This document shows positions 29,783 through 38,417 of a DNA stretch of 64,000 nucleotides, in pieces. Position 1 is the first letter of the stretch; the number at the start of each line of letters is the position of its first letter. The DNA comes from a virus (lineage: Duplodnaviria; Caudoviricetes): positions 64,001 through 128,000 of the IMG/VR virus record IMGVR_UViG_3300046779_001841. The stretch is one strand, 5' to 3'. Under the pieces are notes generated by a model, which ran no database searches, had not been told where the DNA came from, and saw only the letters and a program-made list of their open reading frames with translations. The position numbers were made by a program, and so were the translations under genes.

Positions 29783-30400
29783 TTATTTTTTTACTTGAAC
29801 TGTAAATGTATATCTATCACCAGATTGATTTAAAATGATTTCTTCCATTGGATTGTTCGCAATAATATCCAATAATTGTTGTGTGACAACATTGAAAGCC
29901 ACTGCAGTTTTTTCTTTTAAAGAAGCATTTTCTTCTTGGATTTTCTTAGACTTCTCAATATTGATTTGAGATAACTGCCTAAAAACTTCCATTTCCATGT
30001 CTTTTTCTTCTAGCTTCTTTTCAAGTTCTGCAATCTTATCATTTAAAGGTGCAGTGATTTGCTTATCATAATCTGAAAAATAACCAGATACTTGATTGTA
30101 TAACCATCCAAAGTCTTTTGGTGGTTCTTTCATTTGTACACCATTCATAGGTAAATCAAGCATTGGTTTTGCAGATCTTTCAAATGAGTAACCATCTTTT
30201 AAAGATGAGATTACTTTACTAAGACCTAAAGCATAGTTTTCAAGTTTGATTTCTCTTTTTTTACCATTCTTAAACAAGAGAGCAAGTTTGGTTGGAATTG
30301 TGTAACCTTGTTCTAAGAAGGCAAGAACATCTGAATGTTCTACTCTAACAAAGTCACCATTTGGTGCCACTAAAGTTTTTAGTGTTTTATTTTTTCTCAT
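29783..30400 (-). CDS. Hypothetical coiled-coil protein (start MRKNK)
   Basis: AAAAGGA SD before ATG 30400. Confidence 0.7.
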   Translation of the reverse strand: MRKNKTLKTLVAPNGDFVRVEHSDVLAFLEQGYTIPTKLALLFKNGKKREIKLENYALGLSKVISSLKDGYSFERSAKPMLDLPMNGVQMKEPPKDFGWLYNQVSGYFSDYDKQITAPLNDKIAELEKKLEEKDMEMEVFRQLSQINIEKSKKIQEENASLKEKTAVAFNVVTQQLLDIIANNPMEEIILNQSGDRYTFTVQVKK

Positions 30401-30495
30401 ATCACTTTTCCTTTTGATGATGTGATGCGGTTTCAAATACCTTATATGAAAGGTGTAATTTTTTTACATAAAAAATAAAAAATATTTTCATTTGG

Positions 30496-30527
30496 TTGCA
30501 AAGATTGCTCAACCATAAGTGTTTATA
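30496..30527 (+). promoter_or_regulatory. Repeated promoter element (variant)
   Basis: TTGCAA-N15-AAGTGTTTATA. Confidence 0.7.
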
Positions 30528-30565
30528 GTTTGTAAATAACAACACCCCAAAAAAGGATTTCAACT

Positions 30566-30631
30566 ATGTTAGATCAAGTTATCATTCAACATCTCTTAAA
30601 CAAAAAACACCTAGCTAAAAAAGACAAATAA
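30566..30631 (+). CDS. Candidate 21-aa microprotein MLDQVIIQHLLNKKHLAKKDK
   Basis: First ATG after the promoter, with AAAAGGA SD; below the ORF-track cutoff. Confidence 0.5.
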   Translation: MLDQVIIQHLLNKKHLAKKDK

Positions 30632-30669
30632 TATAAGTCATTTCACATCATCTACAAAGGATTTGTGAT

Positions 30670-31818
30670 ATGACTAAAAATAGGATTTGTGAAATGGATA
30701 AAAATCTTTTAGTAAAACTTTATGCTGAAAAACCTGCAAGTGATATTGCTAAACAACATAATCTTAAACCTTTTCAAGTTCAAGAACTCTTAAGATTATA
30801 TGATATTCCTAAACCATACAGAAATAAAGATGGTAAAGCATTAGATATAAATCATATCCAAGATCTCTATCACAAGCAATCTATGTCTATTAAAGACATT
30901 TGCTTAATGCTTAATGCCAGTACAGATATGATAACCAATCTTTTATATACACAACAAGAGAAAACTAAACCTACTCTTGAACAATTAAAAGATTGCTTAA
31001 ATCTATCTAAAAGACAAATCGCTATCAAGTTTGGTCTTAAAGAATATGACATTCATAGATTGTTGTTAGAATATAACTTAATTTCTAATCCATACAATGT
31101 TTCTAAAGAACAAGCATCTAAAGAATATGAAACACTTTCTGTTGATCAAATCGCTAGAAAGCACCATATAGAACCTATTAATGTTTCTGTAAAACTTAAA
31201 GAATATGGTTTGATTAAAGATGTAAATATTGAGCAACTTAGAACTCTTTATTGTGATGAAAGAAAAACGATCAAAGAAATTCTTTCTATCTTAGAAACAT
31301 CTGAAACCACTTTATGGCGTTTGATTAAGAAACATAAACTTCAACGACCTTTTAATCCAGATCGCAAAGAGTTTTTTAAACTTTGGAATAATAACACCAA
31401 AACAGTAGGTGAGAATATCAAACTGATGGCTGATTATTATAAAGTATCTGTAAATGCAATTCGCTTGACTGCTAAAAAGTTAAATATCAGTAAAAAGACA
31501 ACTCCTATCAAGATCAAATATACTTCTGATGACTTACAAAAACTCCTCAACAAGCATGGTCTTTTTGGATTGTCTGTTATTCTTCAAATGACTGTGCCTA
31601 ATGTTAAGCGTGCTTTAAGAAGATATGACATCACGATTAAAAAAACACCTGTTAAAGAACCTGATATAGAAGCAATAACACATCTATATCAAACTAAACA
31701 TTTACATCTTAAAAAACAATATTCTATACTAGAGATTGCAAAAGAGTTGAACATGAAACCCACACCACTTCAAAAATTGATAAAAAAATATAAAATTTTG
31801 CGACCTTCGTTGCAATGA
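30670..31818 (+). CDS. Tandem-HTH DNA-binding protein (about 8 repeats)
   Basis: About 45-aa repeats of pattern L..LY…S..(D/E)IA..L……+…+..Y.I; no nuclease motif seen. Confidence 0.7.
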   Translation: MTKNRICEMDKNLLVKLYAEKPASDIAKQHNLKPFQVQELLRLYDIPKPYRNKDGKALDINHIQDLYHKQSMSIKDICLMLNASTDMITNLLYTQQEKTKPTLEQLKDCLNLSKRQIAIKFGLKEYDIHRLLLEYNLISNPYNVSKEQASKEYETLSVDQIARKHHIEPINVSVKLKEYGLIKDVNIEQLRTLYCDERKTIKEILSILETSETTLWRLIKKHKLQRPFNPDRKEFFKLWNNNTKTVGENIKLMADYYKVSVNAIRLTAKKLNISKKTTPIKIKYTSDDLQKLLNKHGLFGLSVILQMTVPNVKRALRRYDITIKKTPVKEPDIEAITHLYQTKHLHLKKQYSILEIAKELNMKPTPLQKLIKKYKILRPSLQ

Positions 31819-31840
31819 ACTTATAACCACAAGTGTTATA
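31810..31840 (+). promoter_or_regulatory. Repeated promoter element (core only)
   Basis: TTGCAA-N15-AAGTGTTATA. Confidence 0.7.
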
Positions 31841-31878
31841 GATATATAACACACTAAAACAAAAAAAGGATTACTGCC

Positions 31879-32097
31879 ATGTTAGAAGCACTTATTCATT
31901 CAACAGACACTTTCTGTTTTTTAGTAGATGAAAACTACTTAGATTTTCCCAACCATCTTATTGCTTTTGAAGAAGATATGTTTGGCAATTTATATCTAAT
32001 TCAAAAAGACTGGGTGTTTACTAAAACACCAGTGGATTATGAAGAAGCATTATCTCTAGTTCAAAATTTAAAAAATACTTTTATTGATCTTTATTAA
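31879..32097 (+). CDS. Hypothetical protein
   Basis: SD AAAGGA; downstream of the promoter. Confidence 0.7.
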   Translation: MLEALIHSTDTFCFLVDENYLDFPNHLIAFEEDMFGNLYLIQKDWVFTKTPVDYEEALSLVQNLKNTFIDLY

Positions 32098-32308
32098 TAT
32101 TTGGTGCGGTATGCACATTTTGAGATAAATGCCAATTCGCTTTTCTTCTTGGATCTATAAATAGTCTGGCATTAAAAAATGCCATTACTCTACGAAAATT
32201 CTCTTCTTCTACTGGTTTTGATGTTCCACCATACGGACACGATAGTAAAAATATAAAATCAGAATTTCTTCTTACATCATTAGAAGACATCTCAAAGTGA
32301 AATAACAT
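32081..32308 (-). CDS. MTase-associated small module, copy 7
   Basis: SSNDVRRN..FIFLLS…EENFRRVMAFFNAR…NW; paralog of the six ORFs upstream. Confidence 0.7.
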   Translation of the reverse strand: MLFHFEMSSNDVRRNSDFIFLLSCPYGGTSKPVEEENFRRVMAFFNARLFIDPRRKANWHLSQNVHTAPNINKDQ

Positions 32309-32555
32309 CTTTTTTACTCACTTTTGGTGCTAGATATACACTATTTGTATTTTTCCATGTAGATTTCACTAAACTTCTTATACTCAATATCGTGATGCTC
32401 TTTCTTAGATTTTCTTCTTCTATATATACTGCACTACTCTTTATTCTTTTCTCATCTCTCAATGAATAATTTGATGACAATAAACAAGTCTTTATAGTAG
32501 TATGTGCAACATCATTACAATCTGCTATCAAAAATCCAATCGGATGATTATTCAT
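32292..32555 (-). CDS. MTase-associated small module, copy 6
   Basis: IGFLIADCNDV…LLSS…EENLRKSITILSIRS…TWKNTNSVY; ATGA overlap. Confidence 0.72.
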   Translation of the reverse strand: MNNHPIGFLIADCNDVAHTTIKTCLLSSNYSLRDEKRIKSSAVYIEEENLRKSITILSIRSLVKSTWKNTNSVYLAPKVSKKDVISL

Positions 32556-32812
32556 TTATTTACTCTACCTATATAGACATCATTAGAATTTATCCATGTG
32601 TTTTTAGCTAAAGATCTTACACTAAACAAAGTTAAAAGTTGTCTATTATTCTCACTATTTTGTTTATATAAATAACGACCTTGACCTTTTAAATCATCTC
32701 TTCTATCATTTCTTGGACTTAATAAAGTTGTAGATAAAAGACTTGTACCTTGCACTGCATGATATACATCATTTGATTCTAATAGAAGAAAAGCTATCAT
32801 ATTATTCGCCAT
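32552..32812 (-). CDS. MTase-associated small module, copy 5 (start MANNM)
   Basis: IAFLLLESNDVYHAVQGTSLLS…LFSVRSLAKNTWINSNDVY. Confidence 0.72.
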   Translation of the reverse strand: MANNMIAFLLLESNDVYHAVQGTSLLSTTLLSPRNDRRDDLKGQGRYLYKQNSENNRQLLTLFSVRSLAKNTWINSNDVYIGRVNK

Positions 32813-33059
32813 TCTTTTCAAGAAATACATCACTATCATTTATCCAAGTAGGTTTTGGCAAACACCTTGCACTGAATAATCCTATTGTCTTTCTTATATT
32901 ATCTATATTCTCACTATAGATAAAGATTCCCAGTCCTTTTAATAATCCCCGCCTATCATCTCTTGGATATATTAATGGTGAAGATAAAAGACTTGTACCT
33001 TGTCTTGCATGGAAGATATTATTCGCATCACACAAGAAAAAAGCTATTTGACTATACAT
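32802..33059 (-). CDS. MTase-associated small module, copy 4
   Basis: IAFFLCDANNIFHARQGTSLLSS…DNIRKTIGLFSAR…TWINDSDVF. Confidence 0.72.
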   Translation of the reverse strand: MYSQIAFFLCDANNIFHARQGTSLLSSPLIYPRDDRRGLLKGLGIFIYSENIDNIRKTIGLFSARCLPKPTWINDSDVFLEKNGE

Positions 33060-33340
33060 ATTTGTTCTTTCTTTGGATCAAAATACAAGTTGGATGTTAT
33101 TGCCCAATTCTTTTTATTTCTTGAATCTATTATACATCCTGATCTACAAGTATAAAATGCTATTGCTCTTCTAAAGTTATTCTCATATATATCTCTGTTT
33201 CTAGCTATATATAGATCCACGCTCTCTCTAAAATTATTTTCATCTACTCTTAAACTTAGACTAGACATAAAATAGATAAAACTATCATTCATATCTAAAG
33301 TGTTTGAATTATTACCAAACCAACATATCATTTTTTTCAC
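33044..33340 (-). CDS. MTase-associated small module, copy 3
   Basis: ICWFGNNSN…FMSS…ENNFR (duplicated internally)…FYTCRS…NW. Confidence 0.68.
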   Translation of the reverse strand: MKKMICWFGNNSNTLDMNDSFIYFMSSLSLRVDENNFRESVDLYIARNRDIYENNFRRAIAFYTCRSGCIIDSRNKKNWAITSNLYFDPKKEQICIVK

Positions 33341-33548
33341 TCACTATAAAAGTATCTGGATCATTTATCCAAGTATGCTTTGGTAAAGATCTTATACTAA
33401 ATAACACTACAGACTTTCTTATATTATTCTTAGCTATATAGAATCCACCATATTTTGACAAACTATTTTGTGACAACAAACAAGTTATTCGACTAGCTTC
33501 AGACATATTATTCGCATTCGCTGATAAATAACATACATGATCATTCAT
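33312..33548 (-). CDS. MTase-associated small module, copy 2
   Basis: VCYLSANANNM…LLS…NNIRKSVVLFSIRSLPKHTWINDPDTF. Confidence 0.72.
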   Translation of the reverse strand: MNDHVCYLSANANNMSEASRITCLLSQNSLSKYGGFYIAKNNIRKSVVLFSIRSLPKHTWINDPDTFIVSEKNDMLVW

Positions 33549-33759
33549 TTTCTTTTCCTATACAGACATCACAATCATTCATCCATGTATGTTTTGAAAC
33601 TGAACGAACAATAAATAATGACAATATCTTTCTTAGATTTTCTTTATAGACAGGTATTCCATGCAAACTAGCATATGTTGATGATAATATAGATGTGTTT
33701 TGTGAAAATTCACTAACATTATTACCATTACTATAATGGTAACCTATCTGCTCTTTCAT
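33541..33759 (-). CDS. MTase-associated small module, copy 1
   Basis: IGYHYSNGNNV…ILSS…ENLRKILSLFIVRSVSKHTWMNDCD; ATGA overlap with the MTase stop. Confidence 0.72.
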   Translation of the reverse strand: MKEQIGYHYSNGNNVSEFSQNTSILSSTYASLHGIPVYKENLRKILSLFIVRSVSKHTWMNDCDVCIGKENE

Positions 33760-35315
33760 TCTTTCAAAAATCCATGTTCATATACCCCAGGTCTTAACTT
33801 ATCTGCTAATGCTTTATGCAAATCTTTTAACTTCTTAAAATCATCTTTATATTCATCTTCCCAAAATCCTTTTAACTGATACCATCCACAATCCCAACAA
33901 TTTAATTGTAACTGTGGATTCGCACTAGCATATGCTTCTCTCTTGTCTAATGACTTAACCCATAATTCAGTCGCATGAACTAATAAATCCACTGCTTCCT
34001 GACTTAATGTCAAATCTCCTATCAAAGTCGCTACATACGATTCTTCATAATGCTTCTCAAAATCTGCATATACCACTGGACACTTTTCTTTTAATAATCC
34101 TTTAATGCCATATCTTTCTAACCAAAAGAAATGATTCTTAATCTGCCAAATCTCTCCACCCCAAGATACATCTCTCATGCTTGTACAATTATTCTTCGTT
34201 TCAAATATACTGTATATATGACAATCATCCACCCATTGTTCATATCCTTCTTTTCTTTCCATTGGCTGTTTATGCTTTCCATTCTCATCTAACCACTTTT
34301 GTGTGAATGGTATTATAGGATGATCTACATATTCTATTTCCTTTGGTGGTGCTTTCTTAATCGGACCCGTCTTTTCTCTTTCTTTAATCTTTAACCCACT
34401 TGTCATGATTGGATACTCATATATTTCCATATCTTTGATTGGTTCTCTTACCCACTCACTCGCTGATTTATGATTATCGCAATTATAAATCTGTTTCCAT
34501 CCATAATGACTTGTATCTTCATTCTTAATTTCTATCTTCGGTTCTTTCTTTGTCTTTCCTTCACTCCAAATTGTAAATCCCACACCCCACTCTGATGATA
34601 CTCCACTAAATGCACTCGCATTAAAGAAAAACCCAGACTTAAATTCAAAATGATTGTAATACCATTCTCTAAACTTTTTTGCAGTTTCTTGTATCATAAA
34701 CTTAATCGGTGAAAAGAAACATAAACTAATCTTCTTATATCCAAAATATTTCGCTTGTCTTACACACTCAAATATAAATTGAAAATATAAATTCGATCTG
34801 CACGCTCCTAAATGCAACATCTTCTCTTTCACTAAGGTATCACTCACACCTTCTTTGTTTTCTTCATCATCTGCCAATGTCCCAGCGGCCGCATAAGGTG
34901 GATTCATAAAAAATACCAACCTTTTATTTTCTCTTGCACCTTTTGTCAATTTGTCTTGCACTGCATCTGGTATCGCATTTTCTGCATCACCTAAACTAAA
35001 TAAACATCCATCTGTATCACTTGGATTTAAAAAGTCATATTTAAATGCTTGGGTCAAACCTTGTTTATGCAATAAATCTACTTCTGGTTGCTCTAATGTT
35101 GATACTATCAAATTTGTAAATTCATAATCTCTAATCAAATTTCCTGTTCCAGAACAACAATCCCATACGATACATTCTTCTCTCCAATTTCCACCTAAGG
35201 TCTGTTCAATCAATTTGTGTGATTCATCCGCCCAAATCTTTGGTGTAAAAAATGCACCTTGTCTGGATCTAATTTCATTTTCTAATGTTTCATCATATCT
35301 TTGATGTTCACTCAT
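33756..35315 (-). CDS. Orphan amino (N6A/N4C) DNA methyltransferase, Type IIG-like MTase core with no nuclease domain
   Basis: GAFFTP, motif I WDCCSGTGNL, motif IV MNPPY, F.AS.FSGVSSEWGVGFTIW; starts immediately before FFTP. Confidence 0.82.
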   Translation of the reverse strand: MSEHQRYDETLENEIRSRQGAFFTPKIWADESHKLIEQTLGGNWREECIVWDCCSGTGNLIRDYEFTNLIVSTLEQPEVDLLHKQGLTQAFKYDFLNPSDTDGCLFSLGDAENAIPDAVQDKLTKGARENKRLVFFMNPPYAAAGTLADDEENKEGVSDTLVKEKMLHLGACRSNLYFQFIFECVRQAKYFGYKKISLCFFSPIKFMIQETAKKFREWYYNHFEFKSGFFFNASAFSGVSSEWGVGFTIWSEGKTKKEPKIEIKNEDTSHYGWKQIYNCDNHKSASEWVREPIKDMEIYEYPIMTSGLKIKEREKTGPIKKAPPKEIEYVDHPIIPFTQKWLDENGKHKQPMERKEGYEQWVDDCHIYSIFETKNNCTSMRDVSWGGEIWQIKNHFFWLERYGIKGLLKEKCPVVYADFEKHYEESYVATLIGDLTLSQEAVDLLVHATELWVKSLDKREAYASANPQLQLNCWDCGWYQLKGFWEDEYKDDFKKLKDLHKALADKLRPGVYEHGFLKE

Positions 35316-35374
35316 TCGTAATCTACCTTTTAGTTTATATCGTAAAGATTTTACAAATTCTCTTATAGTTTATA

Positions 35375-35647
35375 TTAAAAATATCTTCCCACTTCTTTTA
35401 ATAATTCTCCTATCGTCTTTTTTGTCAATTTAACATCTATCAATTTACCATTCTTTAAACACACATACAACTTATCATTCAATTCATCTTTCTTATCTAA
35501 AATTAGTTCCGCTTTATCATTCCAAATATATATCTTTCCTCTTTCTTCACACACCATCATCTTATTCATTTCTATACAATGCTTTTTGATACGATCATAT
35601 AATATTCTTCTTGGTGTGTGAAATGCCAGTAAATATACATCATACAT
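35375..35647 (-). CDS. Hypothetical protein
   Basis: ORF in a tightly packed operon. Confidence 0.6.
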   Translation of the reverse strand: MYDVYLLAFHTPRRILYDRIKKHCIEMNKMMVCEERGKIYIWNDKAELILDKKDELNDKLYVCLKNGKLIDVKLTKKTIGELLKEVGRYF

Positions 35648-36257
35648 TTTTACAAAACATCCTTAATGCACATGGTCTTAACTTCTTACCTTTATACTCA
35701 CCTCCATCACATATTGCCATTGGCAATTTACCATATCCTCCATAACAACCTCCTTCTTCTGACCCATAATATCCACCCATATCTTTGATCGCTTGATTTA
35801 ACACCATCAATCCTTTTAATGCCACCTGATTCTTTAAATGCTTTTCCTCTATCGTTTCATCTTCTTGCAGATCCGTCTTAGATACAACTTCAGGTAAAAC
35901 TACATCCACTACAATTTTTTCTTCTATCGTTTCATCTTCTTGCTTCTCATTCATAACAACTTCAGTTTCAAATAAACTCTCTTGCACTGATGGTTTGCCC
36001 CAATGTAGTGGCTTTGGTACAGTCAATATTCCTTTCTTCTTTAACTCATATACCACTGATGATAAATTATTCGTAAATACTGATACTCCTCTATCATATA
36101 CTCCCCAATAATTCTCATCACTCACTCCTAACCTAGATAACACTAGACTTTTCCCTTCTCTTGTTGAATGTAACATCTTCCCTTCTGGTAATTCTAATAT
36201 CACTTGTGTTAAAATTACTTTTAAGGTCTTTCTTAAATCTTTCGCTTCACAGATCAT
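35640..36257 (-). CDS. Winged-helix (Mrr_N-like) protein with C-terminal 4-Cys motif
   Basis: VLSRLGV…VVYELKKKGIL…HW; CYGGY…C…CALRMFC; similar architecture to 40975..41781. Confidence 0.55.
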   Translation of the reverse strand: MICEAKDLRKTLKVILTQVILELPEGKMLHSTREGKSLVLSRLGVSDENYWGVYDRGVSVFTNNLSSVVYELKKKGILTVPKPLHWGKPSVQESLFETEVVMNEKQEDETIEEKIVVDVVLPEVVSKTDLQEDETIEEKHLKNQVALKGLMVLNQAIKDMGGYYGSEEGGCYGGYGKLPMAICDGGEYKGKKLRPCALRMFCKNV

Positions 36258-36270
36258 TTCTTTTCTCCTA

Positions 36271-36873
36271 TCATCTAAATATCACTAACTTTTGTAACGG
36301 TATCTTCTTTATCTTTCCTGCAGAATCTTCCACTATTGCTACATAACAACAATATTGCTTATATACACTCTGCACTGATAACACTCGCAATAATTCTTCT
36401 CTTTTACTATCTCTTATATCAAATACAAAATATATTTCTTCACTTTCATTCTCATACTCACTCAATAAACTATTATTCTCTATCAATCCTTTAAACATAT
36501 TGTCATACTCTCCTACCTCTGGTATCCTACCTATTATCAAATACTCTTTCGCTTTCGTTATCGTATATATATTATAATCACTTGACATGATATAATGCAC
36601 TTCCGATAACCCAAGTAAATTGTCTTTCTCTACATAATAACATTCTTCATTTATTCCTATTATCTTCACTGGATGCAAAAATCCCATCTCTCCTATTCCT
36701 ACCATATATTTCTTTTTCTGCCTTTCTTCAAATATCTCTTTTAATTCCAAATATCCTTGTTTTCCTATATACTGCTCTACTTCACTTTCTCTTATCTTAA
36801 ACAAATTATCTGATCTATAATCTAATGGTACATTTAAACTCTTTAATAATCCAAAATATGTTTGCTCTATCAT
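36271..36873 (-). CDS. Hypothetical protein
   Basis: ORF with SD; weak similarity to 36886..37449 (E.EVEQYIG…IxPVxI). Confidence 0.65.
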   Translation of the reverse strand: MIEQTYFGLLKSLNVPLDYRSDNLFKIRESEVEQYIGKQGYLELKEIFEERQKKKYMVGIGEMGFLHPVKIIGINEECYYVEKDNLLGLSEVHYIMSSDYNIYTITKAKEYLIIGRIPEVGEYDNMFKGLIENNSLLSEYENESEEIYFVFDIRDSKREELLRVLSVQSVYKQYCCYVAIVEDSAGKIKKIPLQKLVIFR

Positions 36874-36885
36874 TTTTCCTATCCT

Positions 36886-37449
36886 TTAACTTATGGTTTC
36901 CATTTCGCATGGATTATAATACATTATTTCACCATTGTCTTTTTTTCTTAATACTATTTTTATTCTATTCGTTTCTACTCCTAGATACTCATATTTCTCT
37001 TTTATTGTTTCTCCTACACTCCAGCTTATTTCTATCTTCTTTAAACTCTTATCATTCGCTTCTCTATACCTATTATATGTATCTATTTCTCCAGGTAATG
37101 GTATTCTCTTCTTTATTTCTTTTTCACTCACTCGCATTAAATCATATTTCTTGCCTAGCAACACTAGATAACTACTCACTCCTATTTTATCATACTTCTC
37201 TTCACTCGATCTTATTAATAGTCCCTTTCCTTTTCTATTTACTCGCACTGGTTGTATCTCATGATAACCTTCATTCATTATATATTTTTCTACCAACATA
37301 TCTGTATGTTCTCTATATAACCTTTTCCCTTCTGCTCCTAAATACATCTCTATTTCTTTTTCTGTTAATTCACCCACTAGACCATCTGATACATTCTCTA
37401 TTGACATCAGTCCCATAGACCTTCTTATCATATTTACTAATTCTACCAT
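36886..37449 (-). CDS. Hypothetical protein
   Basis: ORF in the purine-rich coding island. Confidence 0.65.
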   Translation of the reverse strand: MVELVNMIRRSMGLMSIENVSDGLVGELTEKEIEMYLGAEGKRLYREHTDMLVEKYIMNEGYHEIQPVRVNRKGKGLLIRSSEEKYDKIGVSSYLVLLGKKYDLMRVSEKEIKKRIPLPGEIDTYNRYREANDKSLKKIEISWSVGETIKEKYEYLGVETNRIKIVLRKKDNGEIMYYNPCEMETIS

Positions 37450-37973
37450 TTTAATCCATTCAATCCATCAATTTCTATTTCATACTTTGTTTCATCACAA
37501 CACACTCTTACCCACTTGCCACATTCCAATCCTAATTTACTCTTGATCAAATCTTTTACTCTTGTTACCATTCCTTTTGGTCTAAATTCTTCATCTAGCT
37601 TTCCACTTTCAATTTTACCATTAATGTAAATCTTGCCAGTGTTCTTATCTCTTAACAATCCTTGCATAGTTGGATGATACTCAATATGATCTTCTACTAT
37701 CTTGTCTTGATTTTCACCTTTACTACTTTGCAATAATGATGTTCTCAATCCTTTTCTTCCAAAGGTTTCACCTACTATTGCATCATGCACATCATTCATG
37801 TTTGCCTTTAATCCAGACTTATTTACTAAAGACACTGCAACATCTAATGATACCTTGTCTAAAAAGTTATCTAGTCTTTCTAAATCTTTTACACAATCTG
37901 CTTTATAGTCATTATCTAATCTTACTACTAAAACATTATTGGTGGCTTTGTCTTTTAATCTTGCTACGATCAT
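37443..37973 (-). CDS. Hypothetical protein, paralog of 38660..39184
   Basis: Shared DYK…DL, DA+.G…GR.GL.TS..QS, HP++.G+…G..Y..G. Confidence 0.72.
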   Translation of the reverse strand: MIVARLKDKATNNVLVVRLDNDYKADCVKDLERLDNFLDKVSLDVAVSLVNKSGLKANMNDVHDAIVGETFGRKGLRTSLLQSSKGENQDKIVEDHIEYHPTMQGLLRDKNTGKIYINGKIESGKLDEEFRPKGMVTRVKDLIKSKLGLECGKWVRVCCDETKYEIEIDGLNGLKW

Positions 37974-38006
37974 CTTTATTTTCCTTTTTTTGAAAAATGG
38001 TTTCTT

Positions 38007-38054
38007 GTCATTCCTGACATATAGATAACACTTGCCATTATGCTATCTTTGCAA
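38007..38054 (-). promoter_or_regulatory. Repeated promoter/hairpin element
   Basis: TTGCAA-N15-AAGTGTTATC-N5-GTCAggaaTGAC. Confidence 0.8.
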
Positions 38055-38070
38055 CCAATCTAAAAAAAAT

Positions 38071-38315
38071 TATAGTTTCATTTTCGATCTCATTTTTTCC
38101 CAATACAAAAAATCCTAGAAATCACTTTTTTAGAAAGTCAAAAAGAAAAAACCTTTTAAAAGTCGCTTAACTTTTTGATCTTAACTATGGTTTCATTTTC
38201 GATCTCATTTTTTCCCAATATAAAAAATTCTAGGAATCACTTTTCTGGATTTCCAAAAAGAAAAAACCTTTTAAAAGTCGCTTAAATTTTTGCCTTAAAC
38301 TATAGTTTCATTTTC
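38071..38315. repeat. 115-bp tandem repeat (two full units plus the start of a third)
   Basis: TAT(A/G)GTTTCATTTTC starts at 38071, 38186 and 38301; units share GATCTCATTTTTTCCCAATA and AAAAAGAAAAAACCTTTTAAAAGTCGCTTAA. Confidence 0.9.
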
Positions 38316-38398
38316 AGGATGCCATTTTCAATACGCTTTCAATATGGCTTTTTTGGCCTAGTATCTTTAAAAGCAGTCTTTTATCGAGCATTTCTACA
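38301..38398 (+). repeat. 98-bp dispersed non-coding element, copy 2
   Basis: Colinear match to 27986-28083. Confidence 0.8.
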
Positions 38399-38417
38399 AT
38401 AGAGAAATCGCACCTTG

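Noticed and set aside
32081-33759. Diversity-generating retroelement explanation for the seven modules
   Set aside because: There is no reverse transcriptase in the window, and the copies differ by indels and at all bases rather than only at adenines of a near-identical template.
36825-37418. 197 aa + strand L/S/F/H-rich ORF, and similar ORFs inside 57-60 kb
   Set aside because: They are products of extreme strand skew suppressing stop codons, and they overlap better-supported genes.
38071-38315. CRISPR array
   Set aside because: The units are contiguous 115-bp near-duplicates without unique spacers, and no cas genes are present. The dispersed 48-bp elements are separated by whole genes.
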